Notes under the pieces: model-generated
What the model saw: only the letters and a program-made list of their open reading frames with translations
Database searches by the model: none
What the model was told of the DNA's origin: nothing
In this document: positions 48,683 to 58,513 of the stretch, in pieces
How positions within the stretch are numbered: position 1 is the first letter of the stretch
Layout: each line of letters opens with the position of its first letter
Made by a program: the position numbers and the translations under genes
NCBI GenBank assembly: GCA_002305195.1
Contig: DBQK01000008.1
Span: 98,688-162,687, forward strand
From: Patescibacteria group bacterium UBA1396
GTDB lineage: Bacteria; Patescibacteriota; Microgenomatia; UBA1400; UBA1396
DNA: 64,000 nucleotides
Direction of reading: 5' to 3'

Positions 48683-50233
48683 TTAAATTTCCTCTCTTAA
48701 ATCAAAAATAATATATTCATCTGTCTCGGCTAAAACTGAATATCGGTCTCTAAGTTCATTGACCTCATCATCTTTGGTAGTTGAAACATAAAACTGTGCC
48801 CCAAGTTTAATTTTTTCTTCAATTTCAAAGCCGATTGGCCAGCCGCGTCGATTAGTTTGCCAGAGAAAAGCGGTATCACCCTGATAAGGAGCAATTACCA
48901 AAGCATCTGATGGCGTCAATTGGTCAACTGCTTTACCAGCCGAAACAATGGCTGGATTATTGATGTGAAAAAAATCACCAACGTGATACCAAGCAAAAAG
49001 CCAAGAAAAAATAATGATGGTGGATAGGGCGGCGAGCATCGCGAGCCGCCGGAAAGTAGAGGTCATACTATTAACAAGACCAACCACACCTTCGGCAAAC
49101 AGCCACACAATAATCGGCAGGAGAATAATTTGATAGTAGTCGTGCTGAACATTACCGGTGGCAAATACAATTAAATAGGCCAAAATTCCTAGCACACCAA
49201 AAATTAAGGCACCAGATTTCTCAAACCAGGTTAAAAAGAAAGAAATTATCAAATTAATCTGTTTTGGCCAGAGTGCTAAATAACGTTTAGCCACTATCTT
49301 TTCCGGAATCGAAAATACTAGACCAAAAATCAATAGCGCTGCTCCCCAATACCCAAACATCAATCTACCAATCCTATCGGCCATTAACCAACGCCACCAC
49401 GCTGGTTTTAGTCTTATGTGGTTGCCATTAAATAGCCAGTCGGAAGCGGGTATTCCAGTGGGAAAGTTTAAGATCCAGCGTCGCCAAAGCAATAAAGGAA
49501 TAACTGCAAGAATAAATGTTAAGGCTATCAAAAGTAAATTGCGGACAATGTGGCTGGCTTTGCCAACAAATCGACGTGGTCGTTCAAAAATTAACCCCAC
49601 CATTAGTGGCATCAAAAATGTCGCCATTGGTTTAACCAATAATGCTAAAGCTAACAAAAGTCCAGAAACCAATAGCCAGACAAATTTATTTCGCCTATTT
49701 GTAAGCCATTTATACCAACAAACCCAGGCCAAACTCATAAACAAGATCACAAATGGTTCGGGCAAAATTACTCGACCATAATAGATGGCATATGGCATTA
49801 AAGCCCAGGCTAGCGCGGCGGCGAGCGCCACTGATGTTCCCCGTAATTGCTTTAACAACCAATAAAAAGCACCAATGCTAACGGCGCTCGCCGCCGCGCT
49901 AGCTAAACGACTCACTACGACTAAATCCCAACCAGGATTTAACCTTAAAATAAGCGCAATAACAGCGTTAATAATCGGAAACTCCACCATTCGCCAGCCT
50001 TCTAAATTGTCTTCACCAGACTGGATATTGGATAAGTCGTGATATTTTGGTCGGAGCAAATCAATACCATTCTTAACATACTCGCGAGTAACCGAAGCAG
50101 TATCGGCTTGCCTAAAAGAGTGCCAATCAGCTAATGGAGCGTTAATTTGATACAACCTAACTACAAAAGCACCAGCAATAATAATCCAAGGCAGCCAACT
50201 ATGTAATTGTTTCTGCCACCAGGCTTTAGTCAT
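48683..50233 (-). CDS. GT-C fold membrane glycosyltransferase (ArnT/PMT-like)
   Basis: 516 aa polytopic; third paralogous GT-C type protein in window. Confidence 0.5.
   Translation of the reverse strand: MTKAWWQKQLHSWLPWIIIAGAFVVRLYQINAPLADWHSFRQADTASVTREYVKNGIDLLRPKYHDLSNIQSGEDNLEGWRMVEFPIINAVIALILRLNPGWDLVVVSRLASAAASAVSIGAFYWLLKQLRGTSVALAAALAWALMPYAIYYGRVILPEPFVILFMSLAWVCWYKWLTNRRNKFVWLLVSGLLLALALLVKPMATFLMPLMVGLIFERPRRFVGKASHIVRNLLLIALTFILAVIPLLLWRRWILNFPTGIPASDWLFNGNHIRLKPAWWRWLMADRIGRLMFGYWGAALLIFGLVFSIPEKIVAKRYLALWPKQINLIISFFLTWFEKSGALIFGVLGILAYLIVFATGNVQHDYYQIILLPIIVWLFAEGVVGLVNSMTSTFRRLAMLAALSTIIIFSWLFAWYHVGDFFHINNPAIVSAGKAVDQLTPSDALVIAPYQGDTAFLWQTNRRGWPIGFEIEEKIKLGAQFYVSTTKDDEVNELRDRYSVLAETDEYIIFDLREEI
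49809..49903. repeat. 21-bp GC-rich inverted repeat pair (gctagcgcggcggcgagcgcc ... ggcgctcgccgccgcgctagc) separated by 53 bp inside GT-C gene
   Basis: arms are exact reverse complements. Confidence 0.85.
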
Positions 50234-50234
50234 A

Positions 50235-52127
50235 TTATTTTGTACGCCTGATTATTTTTCTTTTTTTATCTTTGAAACTTTTCCGTCGTCGTTTACTACT
50301 TGATAAGTATTTACTGCCAGATAATTTTTGATTCGTGTTGGATTCAACTGCTTGCAAAAGTGTTTTCAACCGCTGCGTGTCAGATTTTTGGCGCTGTCCT
50401 TGAAAGTTAAACTGTGATGCCACTATGCCTTCTTTAACAAAAATTGCTAGGAAAATTCCTTGTAATAACCAAAATGTGTATGCTACTTTTGAGGCTACAA
50501 AAACATCGATATAAACCGCGTTCAGCAACAAGCCGATCGTACCAGCAAAGTTAGCTACGGCTAAACCAGTTAACCACCTATCTTGACTTTGGCGATACAC
50601 CAACCAACTGTACCAAAGCGAAAGACCAATAGTACCGTAAAAGAAGAAAAAGCCGATACTACCGTTTTCTCCTAGCGTTCGTAAGAAATTGTTGTCCGTA
50701 CTTTCTGCTTCGGTAAACTGTTCAACTGATGATTTGGTCAAAGTGGCGTAACCTGAACCAAATAGCGGATTAGCTAGCCAACCTTGAAAAGCCTGTGGCC
50801 ATAAAGTTTCCAAGCGAATACACACCGATAAACTGTGTTTCAAGGCACAATCTGAAAAAACTCTGTCTTGAACTAATTTGTCCCCAACCTGTCGCAGTTC
50901 ACCTGCCAGCGTGGCAGCGGGATCAGCAAGTTCAAACTCTTTTTCGGGAACATCAACGTAAACATCTTTTGGTTTGGAGGTTGATGGTTGTGTGTCGGAT
51001 CTAGTCATTCCTTGCTTTTTAAGCTCTTCTTCTAACTGATCGGTTGAAATGCTGTTTTCTGGTGGTCGAGAAACTTGACCAATAAACTTAAGCGGATCTT
51101 CTTTTAAGTTTTCGGCTATTTCAAAAACCTGTCCTGCTAATGGATAGCGCTCGGTATCGATAACTTGAGAAAAACGAGAGGATAGATCGCCCACAAAAAT
51201 CATCATCAAACCACTGATCAAAAAAACTACTGCACCACGAGAAATACTAAACCACCAACCTTTAATCTTAATAAATAGCAAAAACACTAAACCGATCGCC
51301 AATAAATAACCACCATATGAGGTGCGAGAGGCGGATAAAACGAGAAGCCATAAACCACCGAACCACGCAAACCAACTACCGGCAATTAAAACTTGCCTAA
51401 CTATTTTCCCCAATTTTGTCTGAAAAAAAACAGACTTGAGAGAATCTTTTTGTGATAAAACTAAAGCACTAACAAGGGCAAGAGGCAAAATAACAACCAA
51501 ATAGGCTCCCAAATCATAATGGCCGGCAAAAGTTGACTGCACTCTAGCATGCTCACTCAGGTAGAGTTTAACTCCCTTACTAAACTCACGATTCATGGTG
51601 GAGTAAACTGGCCAGTAATGATATTTCTGGCCATAGCCATAAATCACTACTCCAACTAAAGTTCCCAAAGTAACCAAGAGTAAAAATAGTCCTTGCTTGC
51701 GATTCTTAACAGCATTGTAAGCAATAAAAAAGAGAGACAAATACTGAATGTGCCGAAGCCAATGCAGCATTGATTTAGCAATGTGAATACTTTCAGTAGG
51801 AATGGTTTTGGTTAGAACCACACCAAGTAGATTGGACACTAAACCAGTGGCCAAGTAAGCCAAAATAAAAATAGATAATGGTGTTTTCCAAGTTACTTTT
51901 TTGCGCAGTAATTGAATTACCCACCAACCAATAACTGTTGCGATAACAATATCCTCCAACCGCAAACGAACAATATAGCCGGGAATAATATCGGCTAACG
52001 GTATTTTTGGATAAAGAGGAACAATAATTAGCAAAAGTGCCGTAGCCAATAAAAGAAAGTAGTTATCAAACCAAGTCCAAAGCTTCCTGATAAGCCCGTT
52101 GTCTGCCATATCGTGCCAGTATACCAA
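50235..52127 (-). CDS. polytopic membrane protein, O-antigen ligase/polymerase-like (putative), with soluble insert
   Basis: ~12 TM segments, central hydrophilic loop; located in glycan cluster. Confidence 0.4.
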   Translation of the reverse strand: MVYWHDMADNGLIRKLWTWFDNYFLLLATALLLIIVPLYPKIPLADIIPGYIVRLRLEDIVIATVIGWWVIQLLRKKVTWKTPLSIFILAYLATGLVSNLLGVVLTKTIPTESIHIAKSMLHWLRHIQYLSLFFIAYNAVKNRKQGLFLLLVTLGTLVGVVIYGYGQKYHYWPVYSTMNREFSKGVKLYLSEHARVQSTFAGHYDLGAYLVVILPLALVSALVLSQKDSLKSVFFQTKLGKIVRQVLIAGSWFAWFGGLWLLVLSASRTSYGGYLLAIGLVFLLFIKIKGWWFSISRGAVVFLISGLMMIFVGDLSSRFSQVIDTERYPLAGQVFEIAENLKEDPLKFIGQVSRPPENSISTDQLEEELKKQGMTRSDTQPSTSKPKDVYVDVPEKEFELADPAATLAGELRQVGDKLVQDRVFSDCALKHSLSVCIRLETLWPQAFQGWLANPLFGSGYATLTKSSVEQFTEAESTDNNFLRTLGENGSIGFFFFYGTIGLSLWYSWLVYRQSQDRWLTGLAVANFAGTIGLLLNAVYIDVFVASKVAYTFWLLQGIFLAIFVKEGIVASQFNFQGQRQKSDTQRLKTLLQAVESNTNQKLSGSKYLSSSKRRRKSFKDKKRKIIRRTK

Positions 52128-53211
52128 AAATAATAATCCTTAGTCTGATACCAAATAAAAGAATCTGACGGAAAAACCAAAAATCAGTCTGTGAGGTATG
52201 TTTCGACCAAAGGTACTTTAATCCTTTAATCTCCCCTACGATTGCCTGATGGCTATCGCTACTAGCTGAGCCGAGGTGAACCACTTTACCCGCCTCCACT
52301 AGAACTACGTCCCAATGACGTCTGGTTGCTCGCCAACACAGTTCAATGTCCTCGCCATACATAAAAATACGAGGGTCAAAACCACCAATTTCTTCTAGGC
52401 AGGAGCGGGAAATCATCATTGACGTGCCACCAACCCAACCTACCTTAGCAATTTTTTTTCTCTTTAATGACCTCATATCAGCCAGGTGATGCTGGTAAGA
52501 ATTCCAAACTTTGTTAATAAAGGGAATGTCATCTAAAAAAGTTATCCAGAGGAAAATGTTGAGTAAGTTTGGTAGCGAACCGCCTTGAACCTGAATGGTT
52601 TTATCTTGATTGTAGAGCTGAGCGGCCGCGATACCAACATTATCAATCTGTTGACGAAAACGGCCTAAAACCGCTTGCGATTTCACACCGGCGTTGGTTT
52701 TAAACGATTTAACCAGATTTAATATGGTGTGTGGCTTAACGAAGGCATCGGAGTTGAGAAATAAGTAGTGGCTGGCTGGCACCAGTGCCATGCCCAAATT
52801 GTTTGCCCGACCGAAACCAATATTATGGTGTAACTCCACTAAATGAAGCTGGTGCCGACCAAGTTTGCCAGTACGAATGTTGACGACCTCTTGGTAATCG
52901 AAGGGCAGGTTTTCCCAGATTTCAGTTTTGGTCTTATTTTGTGCTTCACCCACTCTGTTAAGTAAAGCATGGTTTTTTCGTAAACGATATTTTCTAGCCA
53001 GGGATACCGCCGATCTATCGGTGGAGGCGTTATCAACAACCACGATATTAAGCTCAACACCTCTGGAACTTGATACTGCTTCCAAACAACGTCTAGTGAT
53101 ATCGGCGGTGTTAAAACTTAGAATCACTACCGTGACAGATGGTCGAGAAGTCTGACGTTTTTTCCAGGCCGAACTAGTTACATTGGAGTTGGATTTAGTT
53201 AAACTAGACAT
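52066..53211 (-). CDS. GT2 family glycosyltransferase
   Basis: 'VTVVILSFNTADIT', 'VVVDNASTD', 'LNSDAF'. Confidence 0.65.
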   Translation of the reverse strand: MSSLTKSNSNVTSSAWKKRQTSRPSVTVVILSFNTADITRRCLEAVSSSRGVELNIVVVDNASTDRSAVSLARKYRLRKNHALLNRVGEAQNKTKTEIWENLPFDYQEVVNIRTGKLGRHQLHLVELHHNIGFGRANNLGMALVPASHYLFLNSDAFVKPHTILNLVKSFKTNAGVKSQAVLGRFRQQIDNVGIAAAQLYNQDKTIQVQGGSLPNLLNIFLWITFLDDIPFINKVWNSYQHHLADMRSLKRKKIAKVGWVGGTSMMISRSCLEEIGGFDPRIFMYGEDIELCWRATRRHWDVVLVEAGKVVHLGSASSDSHQAIVGEIKGLKYLWSKHTSQTDFWFFRQILLFGIRLRIIIFGILARYGRQRAYQEALDLV

Positions 53212-53442
53212 ATGCGAACATTATCGGTTAGTGTTAAGCCGGCCAGCAAGCGAAGTGAAGTTATTGAAACCGCGCCTAACACTTTCAAAGTATATGTTAC
53301 CGCGCCAGCTCAAAAAGGCAAAGCCAATCTGCTTATGATCAAACAACTGGCAGAGTTTTTACAAATACCCCCATCACGCTTGCTAATTAAACGCGGTGAT
53401 CGTGCCAGATCTAAAACCGTGATAGTATTGGAGCAGGATTAA
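53212..53442 (+). CDS. DUF167/YggU-family small protein
   Basis: 'LSVSVKPASKRSEV...KVYVTAPAQKGKANLLMIKQLAEFL' typical of UPF0235. Confidence 0.5.
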   Translation: MRTLSVSVKPASKRSEVIETAPNTFKVYVTAPAQKGKANLLMIKQLAEFLQIPPSRLLIKRGDRARSKTVIVLEQD

Positions 53443-53444
53443 GT

Positions 53445-54470
53445 ATGAAAGTATTAATAACCGGTGGAGCAGGTTTTATTGGCTCGCATTTTGTTAGATA
53501 TTGGCTAAAGAATCATCCAGACGATGAAGTGGTCAATCTGGATTTACTCACATATGCAGGAAATCTTGAGAATTTATTAGATATTGAGAAGAACCCTCAT
53601 TACACCTTTATACAAGGTGATATTCGCGATCCACAGGCTGTGGATAAAGCAATGGCAGGAGTTAATCTGGTGGTACACTTTGCCGCCGAAACCCACGTGG
53701 ACCGATCTATCATGGAACCAGCCAATTTTGTTACTACCAATGTTGTTGGTACGCAAGTTCTTCTAGAAAGCGCTTTAAAACACCAGGTTGACCACTTTCA
53801 CCATATATCAACCGATGAAGTTTTTGGCTCACTCGAGCTCAACACACCTGAAAAATTTAATGAAACAACACCTTATGATCCGCGTAGCCCTTACTCAGCT
53901 GCAAAAGCTGGCTCAGATCATTTAGTAAGAGCTTATGGAGAAACCTTTGGATTGCCCTATACCATTTCTAATTGTTCAAACAACTATGGTCCTTATCACT
54001 TTCCTGAAAAATTTATTCCTTTAGCTATTACCAATCTCCTTGAGGGTAAAAAAATCCCCATTTATGGCGATGGTCTTAACGTTCGTGACTGGTTATTTGT
54101 TACCGATCACTGCCGAGCAATTGATTTAATCATTCTGAGTAAAAAAACAATGACTACCTATTGTGTGGGCGGTTTACAAAAGGATCATTCTAATCTTGAG
54201 ATAGCCAAAATGATTCTCCAAATTATGAATTTGCCAGAAGACAGAATTGAATTTGTTACTGACCGTCTAGGTCACGACCGACGTTACTCGGTTGACTGGA
54301 GTAAAATTAATCAGGATCTTGGTTGGTCTCCAAGTGTAACTTTAGAGGAAGGCTTGAAACTAACGATTAAGTGGTATCAGCAAAATACCGTTTGGTGGAA
54401 AAGAGTAAAAAGTGGTCAATATCAAGAATATTATCAAAAACAATATCTGGATCGCAAAAATAATGAGTAA
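53445..54470 (+). CDS. rfbB: dTDP-glucose 4,6-dehydratase
   Basis: 'MKVLITGGAGFIGSHFVRYWL', 'YSAAKAGSDHLVRAY'. Confidence 0.9.
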   Translation: MKVLITGGAGFIGSHFVRYWLKNHPDDEVVNLDLLTYAGNLENLLDIEKNPHYTFIQGDIRDPQAVDKAMAGVNLVVHFAAETHVDRSIMEPANFVTTNVVGTQVLLESALKHQVDHFHHISTDEVFGSLELNTPEKFNETTPYDPRSPYSAAKAGSDHLVRAYGETFGLPYTISNCSNNYGPYHFPEKFIPLAITNLLEGKKIPIYGDGLNVRDWLFVTDHCRAIDLIILSKKTMTTYCVGGLQKDHSNLEIAKMILQIMNLPEDRIEFVTDRLGHDRRYSVDWSKINQDLGWSPSVTLEEGLKLTIKWYQQNTVWWKRVKSGQYQEYYQKQYLDRKNNE

Positions 54471-54480
54471 AAGGAGTTTT

Positions 54481-55014
54481 ATGAAGCTAGACCCAAAATT
54501 TGAATCAGCTTTGACGGTACAACAATACCAAACTAAAGAAAGTATTGAGGGAGTACAGATTATTGACCAGCCGTTTCATCGCGATGACACCGGTAATTTT
54601 ACCGAACTAGGCAGAATTAATGATCAAGGTGAGCTGGAAGCCTTCGAAGGTTTTAAACCTCAACAAGTTAGCTTGTCAATTATGCTACCAAAAGTGGTTA
54701 AGGCCTTTCATGTTCATAAAAAACAAGATGATGTTTGGTATGTTTCTCCAGATAATCGCTTATTGGCCATATTAGTTGACCTCAGAGAAAATTCACCAAC
54801 CAAGGGCAATATGATGCGAGTTATTTTGGGAGGTGGTAGTAATAGCTTACTCAGGATACCGGCAGGCGTGGCTCATGGAGCCGGCAATCCCTGGCACACC
54901 TCAACCAAATTAATCTACTTCACCACTCAGCAGTTTTCACCAGAATCTCCAGATGAATATCGCTTACCTTGGGATTATTTTGGCGCCGATATTTGGCGCA
55001 AAAGTCGAGGTTAA
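54481..55014 (+). CDS. rfbC: dTDP-4-dehydrorhamnose 3,5-epimerase (start at ATG 54481 after AAAGGAG RBS)
   Basis: cupin fold with 'FHVHKKQDDVWYV' and RmlC-like layout. Confidence 0.8.
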   Translation: MKLDPKFESALTVQQYQTKESIEGVQIIDQPFHRDDTGNFTELGRINDQGELEAFEGFKPQQVSLSIMLPKVVKAFHVHKKQDDVWYVSPDNRLLAILVDLRENSPTKGNMMRVILGGGSNSLLRIPAGVAHGAGNPWHTSTKLIYFTTQQFSPESPDEYRLPWDYFGADIWRKSRG

Positions 55015-55062
55015 CCTTAAAATGGCACTATAAATGCCAAATAGTAAAAATTAGACGATAAT

Positions 55063-55923
55063 ATGGAAAAAGAAAAAGCCATTGTTTTTGGAACCGGTTT
55101 ATCTGGTTTGGTTGGTTCGGCAATTATTGCTGGGCTAAGCAATAAATATGAGTTCGTCAATTTAGATCTTAGTCGCGGTGTGGATATTCTTGACCCCAGT
55201 AGTATTGAAAAAGTTTTGTCCTCATACCAAGGAAAAGTTTTGATTCATTTGGCGGCGTTCACGGATGTGAACGCCGCCCAACAACAAGATGGGGATAAAT
55301 CTGGAAGCTGTTGGCGAGTAAACGTTGAAGGAACAGCCAACATTGTTAAAGCTTGCCAGCAACATCAGTTGCACCTTATACATTTCAGTACAGCCTATGT
55401 TTTTGACGGTCAACAAAAAACTCCTTACCTGGAGTCTGATCCAGTTAATCCCGTAGACTGGTATAGTAAGACCAAGGCCGAGGCCGAAAAAATTGTTTCC
55501 ACCCAACTGCCTAAAGCAAGTATTTTGCGTATCAGCTTTCCATATAGTCAGCAACTATCTAGTCGTCTAGACGTATGGGATAAAATTGCACAAACTCTAA
55601 AAGATGGTCGGACTGGACCGTTTTTTAAAGATCATTTCTTTACCATGACTCCGCTTGAGTGGTTAGTTCCGGTAGTTGATTGGGCAATCGAAACTCAACC
55701 CGCTGGTATTTGGCATACCACAACCGATAAAGTTTTTTCTGATCTAAGTTTGGCCAAACTTATTGCTAACGAGCTAAACTTGCCAACATCATCGTTGCAA
55801 AGTAGTTCAGTAAGAGAATATAACCAAAAGGCAGAACGTCCCTATCAACCATACCTTGTTCTTGATAACCAAAAATTAAAAAAGGCTATGGGTCCGCGCT
55901 TCCCTCAAGAAAATGTTACGTAA
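55063..55923 (+). CDS. rfbD: dTDP-4-dehydrorhamnose reductase
   Basis: 'IVFGTGLSGLVGSAI', 'YSKTKAEAE' YxxxK; follows rfbBC. Confidence 0.7.
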   Translation: MEKEKAIVFGTGLSGLVGSAIIAGLSNKYEFVNLDLSRGVDILDPSSIEKVLSSYQGKVLIHLAAFTDVNAAQQQDGDKSGSCWRVNVEGTANIVKACQQHQLHLIHFSTAYVFDGQQKTPYLESDPVNPVDWYSKTKAEAEKIVSTQLPKASILRISFPYSQQLSSRLDVWDKIAQTLKDGRTGPFFKDHFFTMTPLEWLVPVVDWAIETQPAGIWHTTTDKVFSDLSLAKLIANELNLPTSSLQSSSVREYNQKAERPYQPYLVLDNQKLKKAMGPRFPQENVT

Positions 55924-56944
55924 TTTGATAACAAATCTAGTTTCTCGCTGGCGATTAATAATTACCGTGTTAGTGCTATTTTTTCTAGCCTATTATATTG
56001 AACTTCATCCTGATTCAATCAAATTGCCACCAGGATTATCGACACCCATACACAAACTGACACAGAGGTTGGGATTAAGCTCGGATAAAATATCAAACTC
56101 AGATTCAGTTTCTCAAAATATTTCTGCTGAACAAATCATCAGCTTTGTTGCTTCACAAAGACAGACGGCTGAACTGGCGGTACCACAAACTAATACCACG
56201 CTTGAAAAAGCAGCACGCCTTGTAGCTTTAGCAGTCGAAGATCAGCAGCAACTTACTACTGATTTATCTTTACCAGAATTACTCAAAGCAATTGGAACTA
56301 AACAGCCACCAGAATTAGAAAATTTAACCATTTTTGTTTCGGGTTTTGGTGACTTTCAACAAGCCATGATCAACCCAGAAAAACCTAGTAAACTAATTAC
56401 TCAAGCAGACTATCAACAAATTGGTGTGGCGGTTCGTCCGGCTGAATTTCAAGGGGAAATTGGTAATATTATCGTCATTTTAAGCTCACCAGATTTTGTC
56501 AATGAGGCAGAGGAAAAAGAAATGTCTAGGGATGAGGCGCCGGCCGCGGTGCGGCCGGCGCCTCCTGCCACCACTCCTACCTTCACTGGTCAAGATCTTT
56601 GGCAAGCAGTTCAGAACTATCGCCGGGCCCATCGCCTGCCAGAATTTGTACAAGCTAACGAGTTGTGCACCGTAGCCAGCATTAGACTGAATGAGCTTTT
56701 AGAACTAGGCAAACTTGACAACCACGATGGTTTTGGTCCACGAGCCGAAGAGTTTTTTGAACGTCACCCTGATTGGGACAGTATTAATGAAAATTTAGCT
56801 GCTGGGTATGAAACAGCAGTTCAAACCGTAGAATGGGGCTGGGACCAAAGTCTTGGTCATCAAGCCTTGATAAAAAGCCTTGATTACCCCAAAGCGTGCG
56901 CGGCCGCACAAAGAGGCTTTGCTGTTTTAATAACCGGCAAATAA
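55913..56944 (+). CDS. membrane-anchored CAP/SCP (PR-1-like) domain protein
   Basis: C-terminal 'YRRAHRLPEF...ENLAAG' CAP motifs; N-terminal TM. Confidence 0.5.
   Translation: MLRNLITNLVSRWRLIITVLVLFFLAYYIELHPDSIKLPPGLSTPIHKLTQRLGLSSDKISNSDSVSQNISAEQIISFVASQRQTAELAVPQTNTTLEKAARLVALAVEDQQQLTTDLSLPELLKAIGTKQPPELENLTIFVSGFGDFQQAMINPEKPSKLITQADYQQIGVAVRPAEFQGEIGNIIVILSSPDFVNEAEEKEMSRDEAPAAVRPAPPATTPTFTGQDLWQAVQNYRRAHRLPEFVQANELCTVASIRLNELLELGKLDNHDGFGPRAEEFFERHPDWDSINENLAAGYETAVQTVEWGWDQSLGHQALIKSLDYPKACAAAQRGFAVLITGK
56534..56564. repeat. GC-rich hairpin (gaggcgccggccgc-ggt-gcggccggcgcctc) inside CAP-domain gene
   Basis: 14-bp perfect arms, 3-nt loop. Confidence 0.85.
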
Positions 56945-57004
56945 TAGAATCTTGGCTAATAAAATCTTAGTTTTGGCTATGTTTATTTGAACTGATATTA
57001 GATA

Positions 57005-57391
57005 TTAAGCCACCAAGCGTCGGTTGGGAACTTGCCTCATTTTTCTAAGATTATTAATCATAGTCTGTAGCATTGCCGCCCTAACCTTTAATTCATCCTC
57101 AGCAAGACCAAGTTTATTAGCCGGTCGATCAGACTTAGGGTGAAGTAAGTCGATCACAACTCGCTCAATATCAGCGGCTTCCCGCTCGATATCGGTTGCG
57201 TAAAATGCCCCGTTATTTCCTTGGCTTGGCTGTCTTGCCAGTGTCCTGGCAGTTTGCATGGCTTCATTAACTAATTTTCTTATCACTTTGAGTGTGTGGT
57301 CATGATCTGTTTTTATACTTTCCCGACGAACCAATGGTTCGCCAATCTTGTTTTTTCTATCTACAGCCACCTTAGCTTCTCTTGCGATCAT
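57005..57391 (-). CDS. hypothetical protein
   Basis: 128-aa ORF. Confidence 0.35.
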   Translation of the reverse strand: MIAREAKVAVDRKNKIGEPLVRRESIKTDHDHTLKVIRKLVNEAMQTARTLARQPSQGNNGAFYATDIEREAADIERVVIDLLHPKSDRPANKLGLAEDELKVRAAMLQTMINNLRKMRQVPNRRLVA

Positions 57392-57631
57392 AGCTCCCTC
57401 CTACCTAATTAAATTCAGTATCAATGCTTTGGGTTTGGCAAAATCCCAACTAAGTGCTCTTCCTTTCTAACCTGTTAGACTAAATTTAAAAATTAAAGGT
57501 TTTGGCAAAATTTGGTAATAGTCACTTAAGAATTTAAGCAAGTGATCGCTAAGAAGCATGCCGTAGAAAAAAGATTGGAATCGTTGAAAAGGTAATCTCA
57601 GAGAACTAAAAACAACACACAACCTTAGTAA

Positions 57632-58513
57632 CTACAAAATGGTACTGGTCTCACCTGAATCTGCTTGTTTGTCTCTTGGAGGTAAAACGTAGACATCACT
57701 GCCATACTCACTCTCGCCAACCAACCTGGCCTTCCCCTGTAAAACCATTTCATAAGGTTTGCAGGCAGGACAGCCTTGTTCGCCGTTGGGACAAGGAAAG
57801 TGTTCCAACTTGCGAGCGGTTTTAATTTTTTGTGCAATTTGAAGTACTCTTTGTTTGGCCTCATCTAAGTCAGGCAAAACTTGTGGTGTTAAATCATCGT
57901 TCGATTCTAAATACCAATAGCTGGCCTTGGCAACCTCTCGGTGTTGGCAGTGATGAACTAATAAATAATAAATTGGTAATTGTAGAGAATCTTCCTTTTC
58001 TATATTTTTACCGGTTTTAAAATCGATAATGTGAACTTGATCCGATTCTGGTATGTATTCCAACCAGTCAATCTTGCCGCAAAGAATTAATCCCTCTGGT
58101 TCCGATAACCAAAACCACGGAAGTTTCTCTGTTATCTTGACGGCTTTATTGGCTAACGGACCAGGATTGTTGATGACGCGGCGCAGCATCGCTGCGCCGC
58201 GTTCCTTATACTCCCTCTCTGTTTCAGCTCTGAAGAAACCACCCTGTAAACCACTGACCCTACCCCACACTCGCTCATATTTCTTGATAAGTGATTCCTT
58301 AAAACGCTCGGCCGTCGGTAAAACCGAAAGTGCCTCTAGAACTTCGTGAACAGCCGAGCCCAAAGCCAGAGGTGGAGCCATTAGTTGAATTTTGTGTTTG
58401 GTTTTGGGATCGCGATAAATGTTTTTTAAATAATATGCCCGAGGGCATTGTAAATAATCTTGAATTGAGGAATGGGAAACCCACACCGCACTATATTTGT
58501 CAGCCATACCCAC
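57632..58513 (-). CDS. PD-(D/E)XK nuclease, Cas4/AddB-nuclease-like with 1+3 Cys (Fe-S) arrangement
   Basis: 'YLQCPRAYYL' N-Cys, 'ILCGKIDWLEY', 'IIDFKTGK' motif III, C-terminal 'CPNGEQGCPAC'. Confidence 0.6.
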   Translation of the reverse strand: MGMADKYSAVWVSHSSIQDYLQCPRAYYLKNIYRDPKTKHKIQLMAPPLALGSAVHEVLEALSVLPTAERFKESLIKKYERVWGRVSGLQGGFFRAETEREYKERGAAMLRRVINNPGPLANKAVKITEKLPWFWLSEPEGLILCGKIDWLEYIPESDQVHIIDFKTGKNIEKEDSLQLPIYYLLVHHCQHREVAKASYWYLESNDDLTPQVLPDLDEAKQRVLQIAQKIKTARKLEHFPCPNGEQGCPACKPYEMVLQGKARLVGESEYGSDVYVLPPRDKQADSGETSTIL

